Source of the DNA: Paramecium tetraurelia
Taxonomy: Eukaryota
Assembly (NCBI GenBank): GCA_000165425.1
Contig: CT868330.1
Span: 1-64,000, forward strand
Direction of reading: 5' to 3'
Length of the DNA: 64,000 nt
The translations under genes were made by a program, and so were the position numbers. Position 1 is the stretch's first letter, and every line of letters starts with the position of its first letter. Positions 39,410 to 51,709 of this stretch are shown one piece after another. A model generated the notes under the pieces. That model was not told where the DNA came from, ran no database searches, and was given only the letters and a program-made list of their open reading frames with translations.

Positions 39410-40230
39410 TATTTAAATTAAAAATAATAATAAGAAAATAATCCACAAATATTATTATTGTCAATCCAATATTCTTAACTTTTGTTCTAGTATTATTTAA
39501 TCATTCTCTTTTTTAAAACACTTCGACTACCCTGAAGTACTCTTAATTGATTCTATTAAGAAATGTAATTATGAATTGTATCAATTCAAAAGAATTACAA
39601 GACTTTTAGTGAAATTGAATTAAAAGGTAATGTCCTTTTTGAAAATATAATAAAATATATAATTGAAAAATGTTGAAAATGGTTTCACTCCATCAAGAAG
39701 GAAAACATTGAAGTTTTAAATGGATAGACCATTTATCGTAAGAGTTTAATTTAAATAAAGCATCCACAATATGATTTATCAAATTATTAATTTTAATATC
39801 AAATATTTTTGCAATAGTTATTATTCTAATAAGATCTAGTTAATTTTAAGAACAAATTTAAGAATTATAATTAATAATGTTTAAATTTAAAGCATATATT
39901 TAGATATTTAGTCTAATATAATTAAGTAAGTGTTGAATTCGTTAAAATTAGATGAGGATAAATAATAACATCTTAGAATTAATAAATTTTTAATGAATTT
40001 CTAGTAAAGTGGTGAATGTTAATTTCCTATAATTTTAATTTAGGAAATAATTGCCAGCTTGAAATGGAGTTCTTAAGAATTATCAACAAGCAGCACATAT
40101 ATAATAAAGGATCATTTATAATATTAAAGTTTAATTATGGAATCATAAGGTTCGAGGATCAGAAACAATGAAAACTGAGATAAGGATGCTTAGTTTAAAT
40201 TATGCAATGATCTCTAATTTAATATGGATA

Positions 40231-40962
40231 TCAATTATCAGTAAAATCAGAAAATCTCGATATTTTAGTCTTAATAGTGTTTAGATCGCTTTACAATGCT
40301 TTGCTTTCAAATTGCAAACTATCTAGGTGTTTTTAGACTCTAGATTTAGCATTGATTTGTTTGGATTGATTAATCATATTGTCAATTTCAAGTAGGTTTC
40401 TTTGTCTATCATCTTGATTGCCAATAATAGAGGAAAGTTGATCTAATTTGGTTTACAATTGGCTATAATAGAGTCCTTGTTCTTCATTCATTATCTTCTA
40501 GTATTTTGAAGAGTACAATTTGATTTGGCTTTGTTGATCAATATAATCTGATTATCGATAAGTTTGGGGCATTTGAAAAGTGTTCAGTTGAGACTATTAG
40601 CTTTTGGATGTGCTGCTGTAAATTTGTTTATTTGGACTTCTGAGTGGTTCATTTTGGTTCAATCTTTAAGGACTTTTGTAAGGTTATTTTTTAATTGGGG
40701 ATGTAGCTTTTTGCTTCTGTGGACTCAAGGGGATGTCTGGGGATAAATAATTGATGTGCGTACTTGAAATAGCGGATTTGACTTTAAGACGTTTAACGTT
40801 TTTGCAGATTGATTATTTGAGTATGTCAACTGAAAATTCTTGTTTCTTCGATGGGGTTGAAATGGTTTGTATTTTGCTGGTGTTTGTTGCTGGAGTGGTC
40901 AAGGTTTTGTTCATAATTTGCTTACGAAATTCGATGAACTGCTGGGATATATCGTAACTCAT
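40231..40962 (-). CDS. Hypothetical S/T/K-rich protein with C-terminal coiled-coil
   Basis: ATG at 40962 in frame with TGA at 40231-40233. MSYDISQQFIEFRKQIMNK...LQSDLNTIKTKISRFSDFTDN*. Confidence 0.65.
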
Positions 40963-41064
40963 AGGAGTTAACAGATAAAATTTATATATATATAAATAAA
41001 GAATTCAAAAATGCATATAAACAATAATATTATCAATCATTCATAAATTTTATTAAATAAAATA

Positions 41065-42440
41065 ATGAAAACTCTTCTTTTCATCATTTGTGGTATGTAT
41101 ATTTTGATTGTTGATAGTTGCATCTGCATTGGCATCACATGCATACTTGTACCCATTCAATGACAACAGTGTAAGTGATTTAGAAGGTCTAAATCAAAAG
41201 CAAATAGCTTAATTGATAAAATACAATATCGGATTAGTCGAACACATTTCAGCAGACTAACAAAAAGTGTTTGAACAATTGATAAAGTACAAATTTCTTC
41301 ATCAAATAGATCTTTTGGCAAAGGCAATATCTTATCACCTGCAAATATGAACTATATGATTCTAATTGAGAGTGAGAAATTATATCAAGGATAAGAGTTG
41401 AAATAATAGAGAATAACAGAAGGATTCTCTTAAAGCTTTAAAGTATTGGATAAAGATCCAAAACCAATTATGGATTTCCTCTTTGGACAAGAAAGTAATT
41501 CAACATAGTAAATTTTAGGTGACACTTTAATTTAGAGAGCATACAAGATTTACAACAATAATAATTTGGGATTCAAAGTCTACTAGAATGAGGATGACTT
41601 GGATATCAATTATTTATAATGGACAATTACACTGTACTTGGGCAAAAATGTAAAAATAGGAATTTATTTTATAGAATGAAGTTTATTTTTATGAACCAAA
41701 CAAAGATAAATCTTATAAAGTCGACTCCAGTTTAGAAAAGTGTGTAAATACCTTCTTCGGAACAACATTCGATTATTCATCTAAAGAAAATAAAATATAT
41801 AAATACAACACAAACGAAATGATTGAAATCACTAAAGACAACGAAGATTAGATTATTGGATTCTTAAAAGATGTTTGTGCAATGAATAAATTATCCACAC
41901 TTTTTAAAAAATGTATTTCAATTCAAAAACATATATGTAGCTAATTAACCCAACATGTTATCAATCATAAATAAGTCTATTTCCAAATTAGAAAAAATCA
42001 TGAAGGAACCAGAAATAGAAATGATCTATGACATGATGAGAATCACTCACAAGAAAGTATCATATGATAATATGTTCAGCTTTCCAAAAACTTTAGAAAT
42101 ACCTTTGAAAATGAAGAATTATTCGGTCTCATTTTGGTGGAGTAAGAAAAGAATCCTCAAATTACAACAACCAAAGAATCAGCCAAAATTTAAAGAATTC
42201 TATTGGAAACAAGAACAAGAATGTTAAACTAAGTTACTGTATTATTTTCTATCATACTTACAATAGTAAACTAACTCTTCTGGATATGTTATGGATGCAA
42301 CCACATATCAAATATATGTTTGGTTCGGAGTGTTCTTTGTCGTAGTCTTGATTGGCATCATCTATGCAATGGTCACTATGGATATCTAAAAGGATACTTT
42401 ATTGTATGCTAAATTCTTAACAACAGATCAAAGAGCATGA
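41065..42440 (+). CDS. Type I membrane protein, V-ATPase accessory subunit ATP6AP2/Ac45-like
   Basis: Signal peptide MKTLLFIICVASALA. C-terminal TM plus short tail YQIYVWFGVFFVVVLIGIIYAMVTMDIQKDTLLYAKFLTTDQRA* resembles the renin-receptor-like W...MD..D.LLY motif. Confidence 0.6.
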
Positions 42441-42525
42441 TTAGTATATGTAATTATACCAAACATATTATCTTTAAATTAAACTTATCATTTATTCAAT
42501 TAATGGTTCTTAATATACAATAATA

Positions 42526-44074
42526 TCAATAATGTAGCAAACGAAAAGCTCTCAATTCTCCATCTTCATTTCCTATCACCAAGAATCTGGAATCATTGCT
42601 TATTCCAATTGCAGAGATTTTCTATTGTTAATTTATATCGTTACTTTCAAACATGTAGTCACAGTTGGCCAGTTTTCAAATACTGTAAAAGTATCAACAT
42701 GTACTAGTTTTATTGCTGAATCCTTCCATTTCGAACTTATGCATAAGATTTCACAAAATTTATTAAATTAAACTTCATTTACACTTGTGGTTAAATTCTA
42801 TATTTCCTTTATTGGGTCTTTACTAAATTATTTTGTAGCAGAGTTTAATTTAAAGATATTGACAATACCAGTTCTGCTCCCAACAGCCAAAAGATCCAGC
42901 TTAAAATCTAAGCAATTCACTTCAAATCCTCCTGGATTATGGAAGACATTATAAATCTGTTATTTTTACAATGACCATTAATAAATCTTACCGCCTTGTC
43001 CAGCTGATATCAAAAACTCATCAGCAAAGGTTACTGCCTTGCATGCTTCATTCTATTTGAATTCATTCAACAGAATTTTGCTATCCCCACTTAAAATATG
43101 GATGTAACCAGATTCATTAAATAATGCAATATATTTGTCATCCTCACTAATTGCAAATTCGATTTGTCTATTATATTTCCCAGATTAATTAAAATGTTTA
43201 GCAAATAAGGTTGATTGTATTCGCTTATACTTTTGAGTATTGATGTCCACTTCAATCAGATATGTTTTGAATGGAGATGCTACTATGATGTTGTTGTTTT
43301 CATTCATGAATTATAATTTGCAAATTGGAAACTTCTCTAAGGCTATGGATTTGATAAGCTAAATATGTAGAAATGCTAATTTACTTGTATCTATTTGTTA
43401 GGATTGAATTGATAAATTCTGACCATTTTATCAAACCCTCCTTCTGCAAATATTGGTAATTTCTTATGAAAACTAATTGATTGAATGACAGTGTTAATTT
43501 TAGCTTTAATAATTCCAGCTTATTCAATCTAGAGAATTCTATTTGGAAGCAAACTGCTTTTGGTTGTTTAATTTTATATATTCTATGATAATAATTCTTT
43601 TAAATTGGCATTCAATTGATTTTAATCAAACTTATCTTTTTCCTATTTAATTTACTACTTGGATTAAGCCCAACTCAAGAATTCATTGTTTTACTATGAA
43701 GTTTTATAAAACTCTCTTAATTTTCTTTAGTATTCCTTGCCTGTAACTAGGTTTTATCCATTTTTGATCAGTTTTCTCAATTTTGTCTATTTGCTCAAAT
43801 CCACTTATATTTTTTCATCAAACTCGTCAACCCATTATGCAGAATCTTCCTCTTAGTACTAAGGCTGATTGATGTCTCCGTCTTCTTCTTATTTGGGGTT
43901 GGATTGCTCTTATTTGACAGATTAGTCACTCTCATTTTAATTATCATTTTCAAATAGCAGTAGTTCCTCTTATTAGTATTTTTAATATTTTTATTCAGGC
44001 ACTTATTCGGAGAGTTTTTTGAGTTGGAGAGCTTTTTTAGATTTCCTATTTGATTTGTTTTAATGTTTTACCAT
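42526..44074 (-). CDS. UTP18: U3 snoRNP-associated WD40 protein UTP18-like
   Basis: Acidic/basic N-terminus, AQWVDE motif, WD40 units, PIKEIQNLTTSVNEVQFN..EILCISSKWKDSAIKL, ending FLVIGNEDGELRAFRLLHY*. Confidence 0.8.
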
Positions 44075-44098
44075 TATTAAATTAATATTATAATTATA

Positions 44099-46850
44099 AT
44101 GAATAATTCTGATAATGAAAATCTGATTGAAAATTTCGAGGATGACTAATAAGTGTACACAAATTAGCCAGCGACTTTGGATTTTAATCTCGAAAGATAG
44201 GGTCATGTTCCTTAATAACATCGATTTTCATCGACAAAATTTAGGGAAAGGTTGTCTTCAATTGATCCATTGGAATGGGCCAAAAATATAAAAATGCCTG
44301 AGAATAATTATTACACATACCCTTGCAGTTACGATTTGGCGGAATTGCATAGACAATGCCATTATATATAGCCAGATCAAGATTTTCTGGATAAAACGAC
44401 AGCCACAGAGTGTCCATGTTGCAAGTATTATAATTGTATAATTATTCATCAAGCAAATAATTGAATCGAAAACGCATAAACTTCCTCACAGTGAACATGT
44501 GGCAATTGCTGGTTTAGGATTATGGCATTGCTGCTCCCCTTTACTTTACATTCCTCAAATTTTAGATGATTCTCTTTGTCATCATATTTTGTGTGTATGG
44601 GATTTTCTTTATAACTGAAGTTAATTGGACTTGCAGTGATTTACAAAACAACCTTTGCTTAACCGATCCTCACTTGGCTCAAGAGTACAAGGATGCTTGT
44701 GATTTGAATACAATTTACATGTTTGTAGCAATAGATCCATTCCTATCCCAAATTGAATGTTCAGCAGAAGAGGACATTAAGAAGGGTGGAAGTGGATTCA
44801 AATAGGTGTACATCTAAATAGCAGTCTTCATCATCTTCTTGATGAACATACTGCTCCCTTTGGAATACGAGATTATCATTCGATACAAATAAATCAAATA
44901 TTGGGACAAGGAACCCATAAATCATGTAACAGAAAATAAAAAGTCAGTTTACGTTAGACATTTGCCTTACAAGATGACAGCCGAGGAGATCTCTTAGACT
45001 ATTTGTAAGGCTATCTCAATGAACAACTTTGATTAAGTGGCTAAGAAGTCAGTGTTATTTGAGCACAAAAATTCAATTTAAGAATTAGTATATATCTATG
45101 ACATCCATGAAATTAATGAGATGAATATTGATAGGGAGAATTCATTGCTAGATTTCATGATTACGTTGGAGTAGATGAGAGAACTCAAGGAGACAGGGAT
45201 GATCACAACTTATTCGGATAAATAGATCAAGACTTATAAATCATTTAATTTGGAGACACTAGACAACCTATTCAAACAACAATTAAAGGACATCATGTTT
45301 AAAACGTAGAAGATCAAATCATATCTCAAGAATGGACTGCCATACACTAATAAAGTCATTATCAAGTTTGAGACGAAGGAGTAGAGAGATGCTGCTTATT
45401 TACATTATAGAAAGAAGTGGTATTAGAATGTATAAAATATATGATTGTATCACTAGTTGCTAATCAGATACGAAGTGATGAAGGAGCAAAATCGGTTGAA
45501 AAAGTTACAGAAAACCCAAGTGTCTGATTTGACATCTTCTTTATACTCTGATAGTAGAGCAGTGTCAGTTGATGATCTGTAGATCCAATCATAGACTGTG
45601 CAGTAAGCAAGAGTGAGTGTTTTCAATCAGAACACTCAACTGGCTAAACAATAATATGATTATAGCAATAAATACGTTGAACAGGTGCATTATCAAATAG
45701 GAGTAAAGAGGGGGTTCAGAATTAATGGAATCTTTTGGGAGAATCTTGGCATGGACACTTTCAAAAGATTAAAGTTTAGACTTAAGGCTATTTTTACAGC
45801 TGCTATTGCAAGTTGTTTATTGATGGGTAGTTTTGAGTTGATCTATTTTTATTAAAACAATCCTAACTAGAGTGAGAGGAAAAGTAATGGGTAATTGTCA
45901 ACTTGGGAGAAAATACTCGCTAATTGTTTAGCTGTTTTGGTTACTTTCTTATCTAGTTATACAACCTTAACAATCTTGGGATAGATGGCTAAGAGTAGGA
46001 GAAGCACATTTACTGAAGTGGAAGAGAGTATAATGCACTTTTTTGTTGTCATTCAATATTTTTTAATCTAATTTTTCCCATACATTGCAACCTTTGAAAT
46101 TTGGGGAGGAAGGAACAAGATTGTGGCTTGTTATGATTTGGTTACTCTATCCATCCACAGAATCATCTTCAAATAAATATTTCATACATTTCACATTAGA
46201 CACACAAGATTTTGGTTGAGAAAAAGAAAAGCCTTAAAGAATTTTAATCCAAAACGATTCTTTTAAGGGTAACTCAATTTTATCATGACTCCGGCATTTC
46301 TTTCCCAAAGAGGAAGATAATTTAACATGCTTTTTATTTTGACCACTGCTCTTTGTTTAATTTACATATGTCCAGTGGCTGTGCTATTTTGTCTTGGATT
46401 TACGATCTACATTTATTTCTGGGATAAGTATGCTATCACTCACAATTATCAAATTGATAAGAGATTTACCATTGATATATTCAGCCATTAAATCAAATGT
46501 TATCAAATTGTAGTTTTACCGTTTAGCATTTATCTATTTCTAAGATTGTTCTGGAGATTCAGTTGGGTAATCTACTCAGTGTTCAGTGTGGGAATCGTTA
46601 TGATCGTAGTTATCATCTTCAAAAAACAGATCGTCAAATTTATCATCTTCAAGATCTTCAGATTACGCAAGAAAAACCCACAAACTGAATTCAGAGAATA
46701 ATCGTTCTTCAGAAGTTATAATAAATTTTTTGAAAGTAATAATAATAATTTACTTTGTTAGACCTCAGAATCGAGCAATTAACTGATATCCTAGTAAATT
46801 TGTTTAGAAGCAGTGAGAATGAAGCCATTAAAAAATAGTCAATTGATTGA
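44099..46850 (+). CDS. OSCA/TMEM63 (CSC1)-like multi-pass channel protein
   Basis: CPCC motif, TM segments, SVYVRHLP, IFWENL, FQGQLNFIM, YFWDKY. A last 26-nt intron (46736-46761) gives a stop at 46848-46850. Confidence 0.7.
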
Positions 46851-46911
46851 TGGATTTATATTTGAGTTGTTTAATTAAACATAATTAATTAATAATATTT
46901 TCTGTTAATAA

Positions 46912-48280
46912 ATGAAATCCTTATAAGGTGATAATCCAATCACACCCCTAACTGAGAAGTCCATACTTTTACCTGACAATAATAATCAAGAGTAATTTTG
47001 TCCTCTTAGCCAATTAAATAATTTAATACACCAAAAATAATAAAATCAAAACAATTAATTAAATCCAACAATTTTGACACTTAAAAAAAATCTACATTAT
47101 AAATTAAATTCTGATCATCAAGACCTAATCTAGAGGAAGAAGAACCAATTAAGAAATGGTTACGAATAACAATAACTGCAGCAATGCCCATTCAAACCAA
47201 GAATTAGTCATAAAAGCATCGAGATGAAGTCCAAAGATATCTCATAACCACGTTATTTGTTAGCTAAAAAGGTTTACATCCAAGAATGCTCAGAACCACT
47301 CTAGACTCAATAATACCCCTCATAGAAAATCAAGAAGAAATCAAACAAAGAGAAACACTTTTGGGATAGATTTAGTCAGAGTAAACAAAGTGTACCATAA
47401 AATCCATATTATGTGTCCAAGGTTATCATAATGAAATAGGGCAAATTCCAAATTATGAAAATTATTATAAAATTAACTTTCCTGTTTTAATAACAGTGGA
47501 ATAACTCAATTTATTCATGGAAATTTAAGAGTCTATAATCTAGATCTATTAATATAGAAATATGGCATCTTAAAAGTGAATCACTTGGTTTATAGAAAAA
47601 GCAGTAATCAACATTAAGATGTATACACGTCTTTTAGCACTACTAAATAAACCTAAATGTTGGCAACTTAACATCGAAAAAGAGTGGCTTCTGAAATTTA
47701 ACATTCATATGTCACTTTGAATGATTACGACTAAATCTATAACAAAAATAAATAAAAATTGATTGATCAATAAGAAAGAATCAACTAAGAGCGATGCACC
47801 TTTAATCTTAAAATCAACGAGGCTCAAGTGAAATCAAAATATCTCTAATCCAAGCCACAGAAGGTAAATAATGAAGTAAATCAATCCTAAATTAATATAA
47901 CTTAATTTACTCAGAACAAAATTAAAACTAGGCCGGCTCTAGTTGAGATGAAACCTGCAAATAGCAATGTAGCTATTGAAAGGATGATTAAAGGAAGAGT
48001 TCAAAGATAATTAAGCTAGGCAATAATTAAGTAAAGAACTTGTAATTCCAAAAAGAGACAACACTTAGAAGAATAAATTTATGAATAAGAGATGAGGCAT
48101 AAATAGCCGTTGATGTTTATAGATGTCATTGTGGACAATTACAAGAAGGAGAGGATTGCTGTAAATTAAAATGATACTGCTTCTAAATTGGCTACTTACA
48201 TCATTAACAAAAATAAGATAGACAAGAGTCTTTAAGAGAACCTAATCAAATTAATCTAGCAGCAGTTACTGAATCATTGA
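46912..48280 (+). CDS. Hypothetical Q-rich protein with CPFKPxI-type motifs
   Basis: MKSLQGDNPITPLTEKS...QLQQCPFKPRIS...FWDRFSQSK. Ends QLLNH* at 48278-48280. Several tiny introns. Confidence 0.6.
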
Positions 48281-48379
48281 AATTGATTTAAGATGTTTAT
48301 ATACTTTGTATGTATTTTGAGTTGTAAGTTTTTGGATTGCTCTACTTATTAATATAATAAATTTTGTTTTGTTTATAAT

Positions 48380-51300
48380 ATGAATGCCTTTGAGCGTACG
48401 TTAGAGGATATGAAATCTATCAAGTTGTTATGCAAGAAGCTGGGAGACACAAAACAAGATCAGCTTGACAGAATGATTAGGATCTTCTAATCTATGCCTT
48501 AAAAGATTTATTTTAGTAATTTTTATCAGAATCAATTGTACAAAAATACTATGGGAGTATTTTCTAAGAAGGATTGGAACAGTGATTTTGTTACAATTAG
48601 TGTGATAGATTAGGAATTCTAATTAGATTGGCCTGAGTTGATGATTTACATGTAGATATTGAGATAATCATATTAGGAAGCCTTTTTTGATGTTTTTTGT
48701 AATCGATTTGCAAGAAGGATTGATACCTATAGATGAGATTAATAAATAAAAAAAAAAAGTTAATGACGATAAATTAATCAGATTTCTGTTGTTCAATTGT
48801 GGAGTGAATTCATTCTAAAACACAGAGTAAGAACAAACTTTCATTATCATTCCACCTTTGAGTGATGATAAAATGGTTTATTATTTAGAAGATCAATTAC
48901 AACTGTATTTGTGTTAAATCATCGAATATTTTGCATCAGAAATTTTGAGATTGAAGTATATATCTATGTAATTAATTAAAGGAATGATCAATCCCAACTC
49001 GTTGTCTTTAATATGAAAGAAGAGAAGATTAGTGATCAATCCAAATTGAAAAAGAGAAAACAAGGTAGACAAATTAAAATTATGGGCGATCTTGCACTCA
49101 TGATCAATGATCCTTTCGATGCCATCGAGTATTACAAATAAGCTTTAGATAACTTGAATAAGAATAATGATTACCTGTGGTGTGGAATTGTTCAATAACA
49201 TTTGGCAGCATCCAAATCTTCCTTTGAAGAAATTGAAGAGCATTTTAGAGAATCACTAACATCTCTAAAGAAAACCAAGTTTATCAATCTAGAAATCGAA
49301 TGCTTCTTTAAATTAATGCAATATCGAAAAGCCTAAAATGATAAGTTGGGACTCAATAAAACAATTGACTTGTTTACTAAAACCTTTGATCCTGAATCCC
49401 CAATTGAAAAATGCAAATTTTATCTCTTTGTCTCAGAACTCTACGGCTAAATACAAATGAAAAGAAAATAAGCTTATTTCATTCGCTTAGCAAGCTTCTA
49501 GTTGGCAATAATCAATAAATCCATGTCTTTAGAACTTACCAAAATATCCAGCACCATGTATGGCCTCAATTCTTACTTCTCCGACGATTAGAGCAATATA
49601 TTCTGGACTTCCCTTTAGCACAATTTTGTTTAGGAGATCCAACATAATTTTTAAGGAATGTATTCATTTTCATCTTATTAGACCCTATTTCCAACACAAC
49701 ACCTAAATTTAAAGAATACAGATGTTCAAACCAGATTTTACATAATAACAACTAGAAACCATGCTCTAAATTCTAAAGTAGGAATCGGTCAAATATGAGT
49801 TAAAATAAACTTATATGCTGATGATTCCAAAAGTTGAAAGACTCCAAATCATACCTTTTAAGGAAAAGTTTAGCTTGATTAATAAAGAAGCTAAAGCATA
49901 AGCTGAAGGGTAAGATATTTTTATTGTAAATCCTTGGGCGAATAAGGAATAGAAGAATGAGTTGAAATATCCACTCAATTCACTTATTGAAATGGTGTTA
50001 TACATTTCGAATGAATACTCCTTCGATTTGTAATTGGATAAGTTGGTATTAGAGATAGAAGGCAGTGATTGTGTTTCTTATCCCAAAGGTATCACATTGC
50101 TGGCAAATGCTAAAAATCATCCTGTGAGTTTTACAATTAGACCCAAATCAGTAGGATTATTAAAGATTGTTGGGATCAGAATTCAATATTTGAACTACTA
50201 GTACGTTCATAGATTAAATCAATTTGGTTATTCTGCCCTCCTTTCATCAGAAACCCAATAACAAGAACAACAACTCTTTAATCTGCATAACATTCAAATA
50301 ATTGAAGACATTCCCAATGTTTAAGCCTCAATCTATAGGGATTCTACATTAATTAATGAGGTAGAAGCTGTTTATTTTGATCCCAGTGAATTATTTACAT
50401 ACTAATTCATCCTTAAGAATAAATCAGAACAATTAATAGAAAATGTTGCATTTGAGATTATAGTTGAGTCTGAAGATCCTCCCATCTATGAATACAAATA
50501 GGTCATCCAAAATTTCAGTTTAGATGGATTTAGTTCCATAAATGTTTTACTAAGTGATTTTGATCTCGAAAATCAAAATAATTAGGTGCATATCCAGATT
50601 CCAAAAATACCTCACAAGACTCATCTCATTAAGAAAATATCATTGACTTTATTCTTATGGTATAACAATGCATTGTACTAAAGAGAAATCAAATTGAATC
50701 GTTTGATTTCAATACGATAAAGGACTGTGATTTAATAATGTCATTTTGTTAGCAAGTATAGATGCAATAATGATAATATCAGAGAAATATATGATTTGTA
50801 AGATAGTTGTTTTTTGAGCATTTAAATAGTCAAGAAAGATTTCTTAATAAGTCTGGAATTGCAGTCTTAGATTTTAATAGATGGATAATTCAATGAAATT
50901 CTTAATGAAGATTGTGAATATTACACTTAGGCATTAAAGCTTAGGAAACTACCATCAAATTAATTAACCAACCCAGATCTGAAGGTGATTTGGAAGAACC
51001 TATTTAGTGGCAATGTTGGGATTTTGAATCCATTTTAACATCTCAGCTAAGAAGACATCATCAAACATTGTTGCAATGATTTAATAGATATTGAATGTAA
51101 AGAATCTAATAAACAAATCCATTACAAATTGATATTACACGAAAAACTGACCTCCAGTTAAAGCGTTAGTGTTGTTATTAGTTTGACTAATGAATATGTT
51201 AATACTAATTCGAATTGCGCAAAATCAATGGTTTCATCTGTTTAAAATATCAATAGCCCAATTATCATAGAAGGATACACATCATTCAATCTGGAAATTG

Positions 51301-51431
51301 ATAAAAGCAAACAGACTTTAAAAAATGGATAATTAGGTTATTGTGGGTAATTGAATTAATCATGCTTAAAGTTCATTGTAAATGACTTTGAAAATTAGAG
51401 GTAGTATATCAAGAGATGTGAAATAAAATGA
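48380..51431 (+). CDS. TRAPPC9: TRAPP II subunit TRAPPC9/Trs120-like
   Basis: KKRKQGRQIKIMGDLALM...AIEYY..A....NNDYLWCG, MKRKQAYFIRLA, DIFIVNPW, followed by Ig-like beta domains. Confidence 0.8.
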
Positions 51432-51709
51432 TAAGATATATATATCATTTAATAGAATATTAATTTTTATTTTATATAATTATAAATATTGTATAGATAT
51501 AAGAAACTTCATATTATATCAATAATCTTAGAGGATTTATTCAATAATTGTTTTAATTTAAATATACATTAGAAAATATTTAATTTCATTAAATTTAATC
51601 CCGTTTCTCCTTATCTATATGATTAACCAACATATAAATGGAAGATAACAAAAAGAATATATGTTTCTCATAAAAATCGATTATTAATTACTGTATAAAT
51701 ATAATTGAA

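Noticed and set aside
39877..40510. Plus-strand long open stretch
   Set aside because: It largely overlaps the minus-strand gene 40231-40962 and has no recognisable motif.
27720..41064. Two divergent gene pairs each separated by exactly 102 nt (27720-27821 and 40963-41064)
   Set aside because: No shared sequence is visible, so this is likely coincidence in a compact genome.
46851..46911. Possible read-through fusion of the OSCA-like gene with the next ORF (unspliced frame stays open)
   Set aside because: A canonical 26-nt intron at 46736-46761 gives a normal TGA at 46848-46850. Long chance open frames are expected with a single stop codon.
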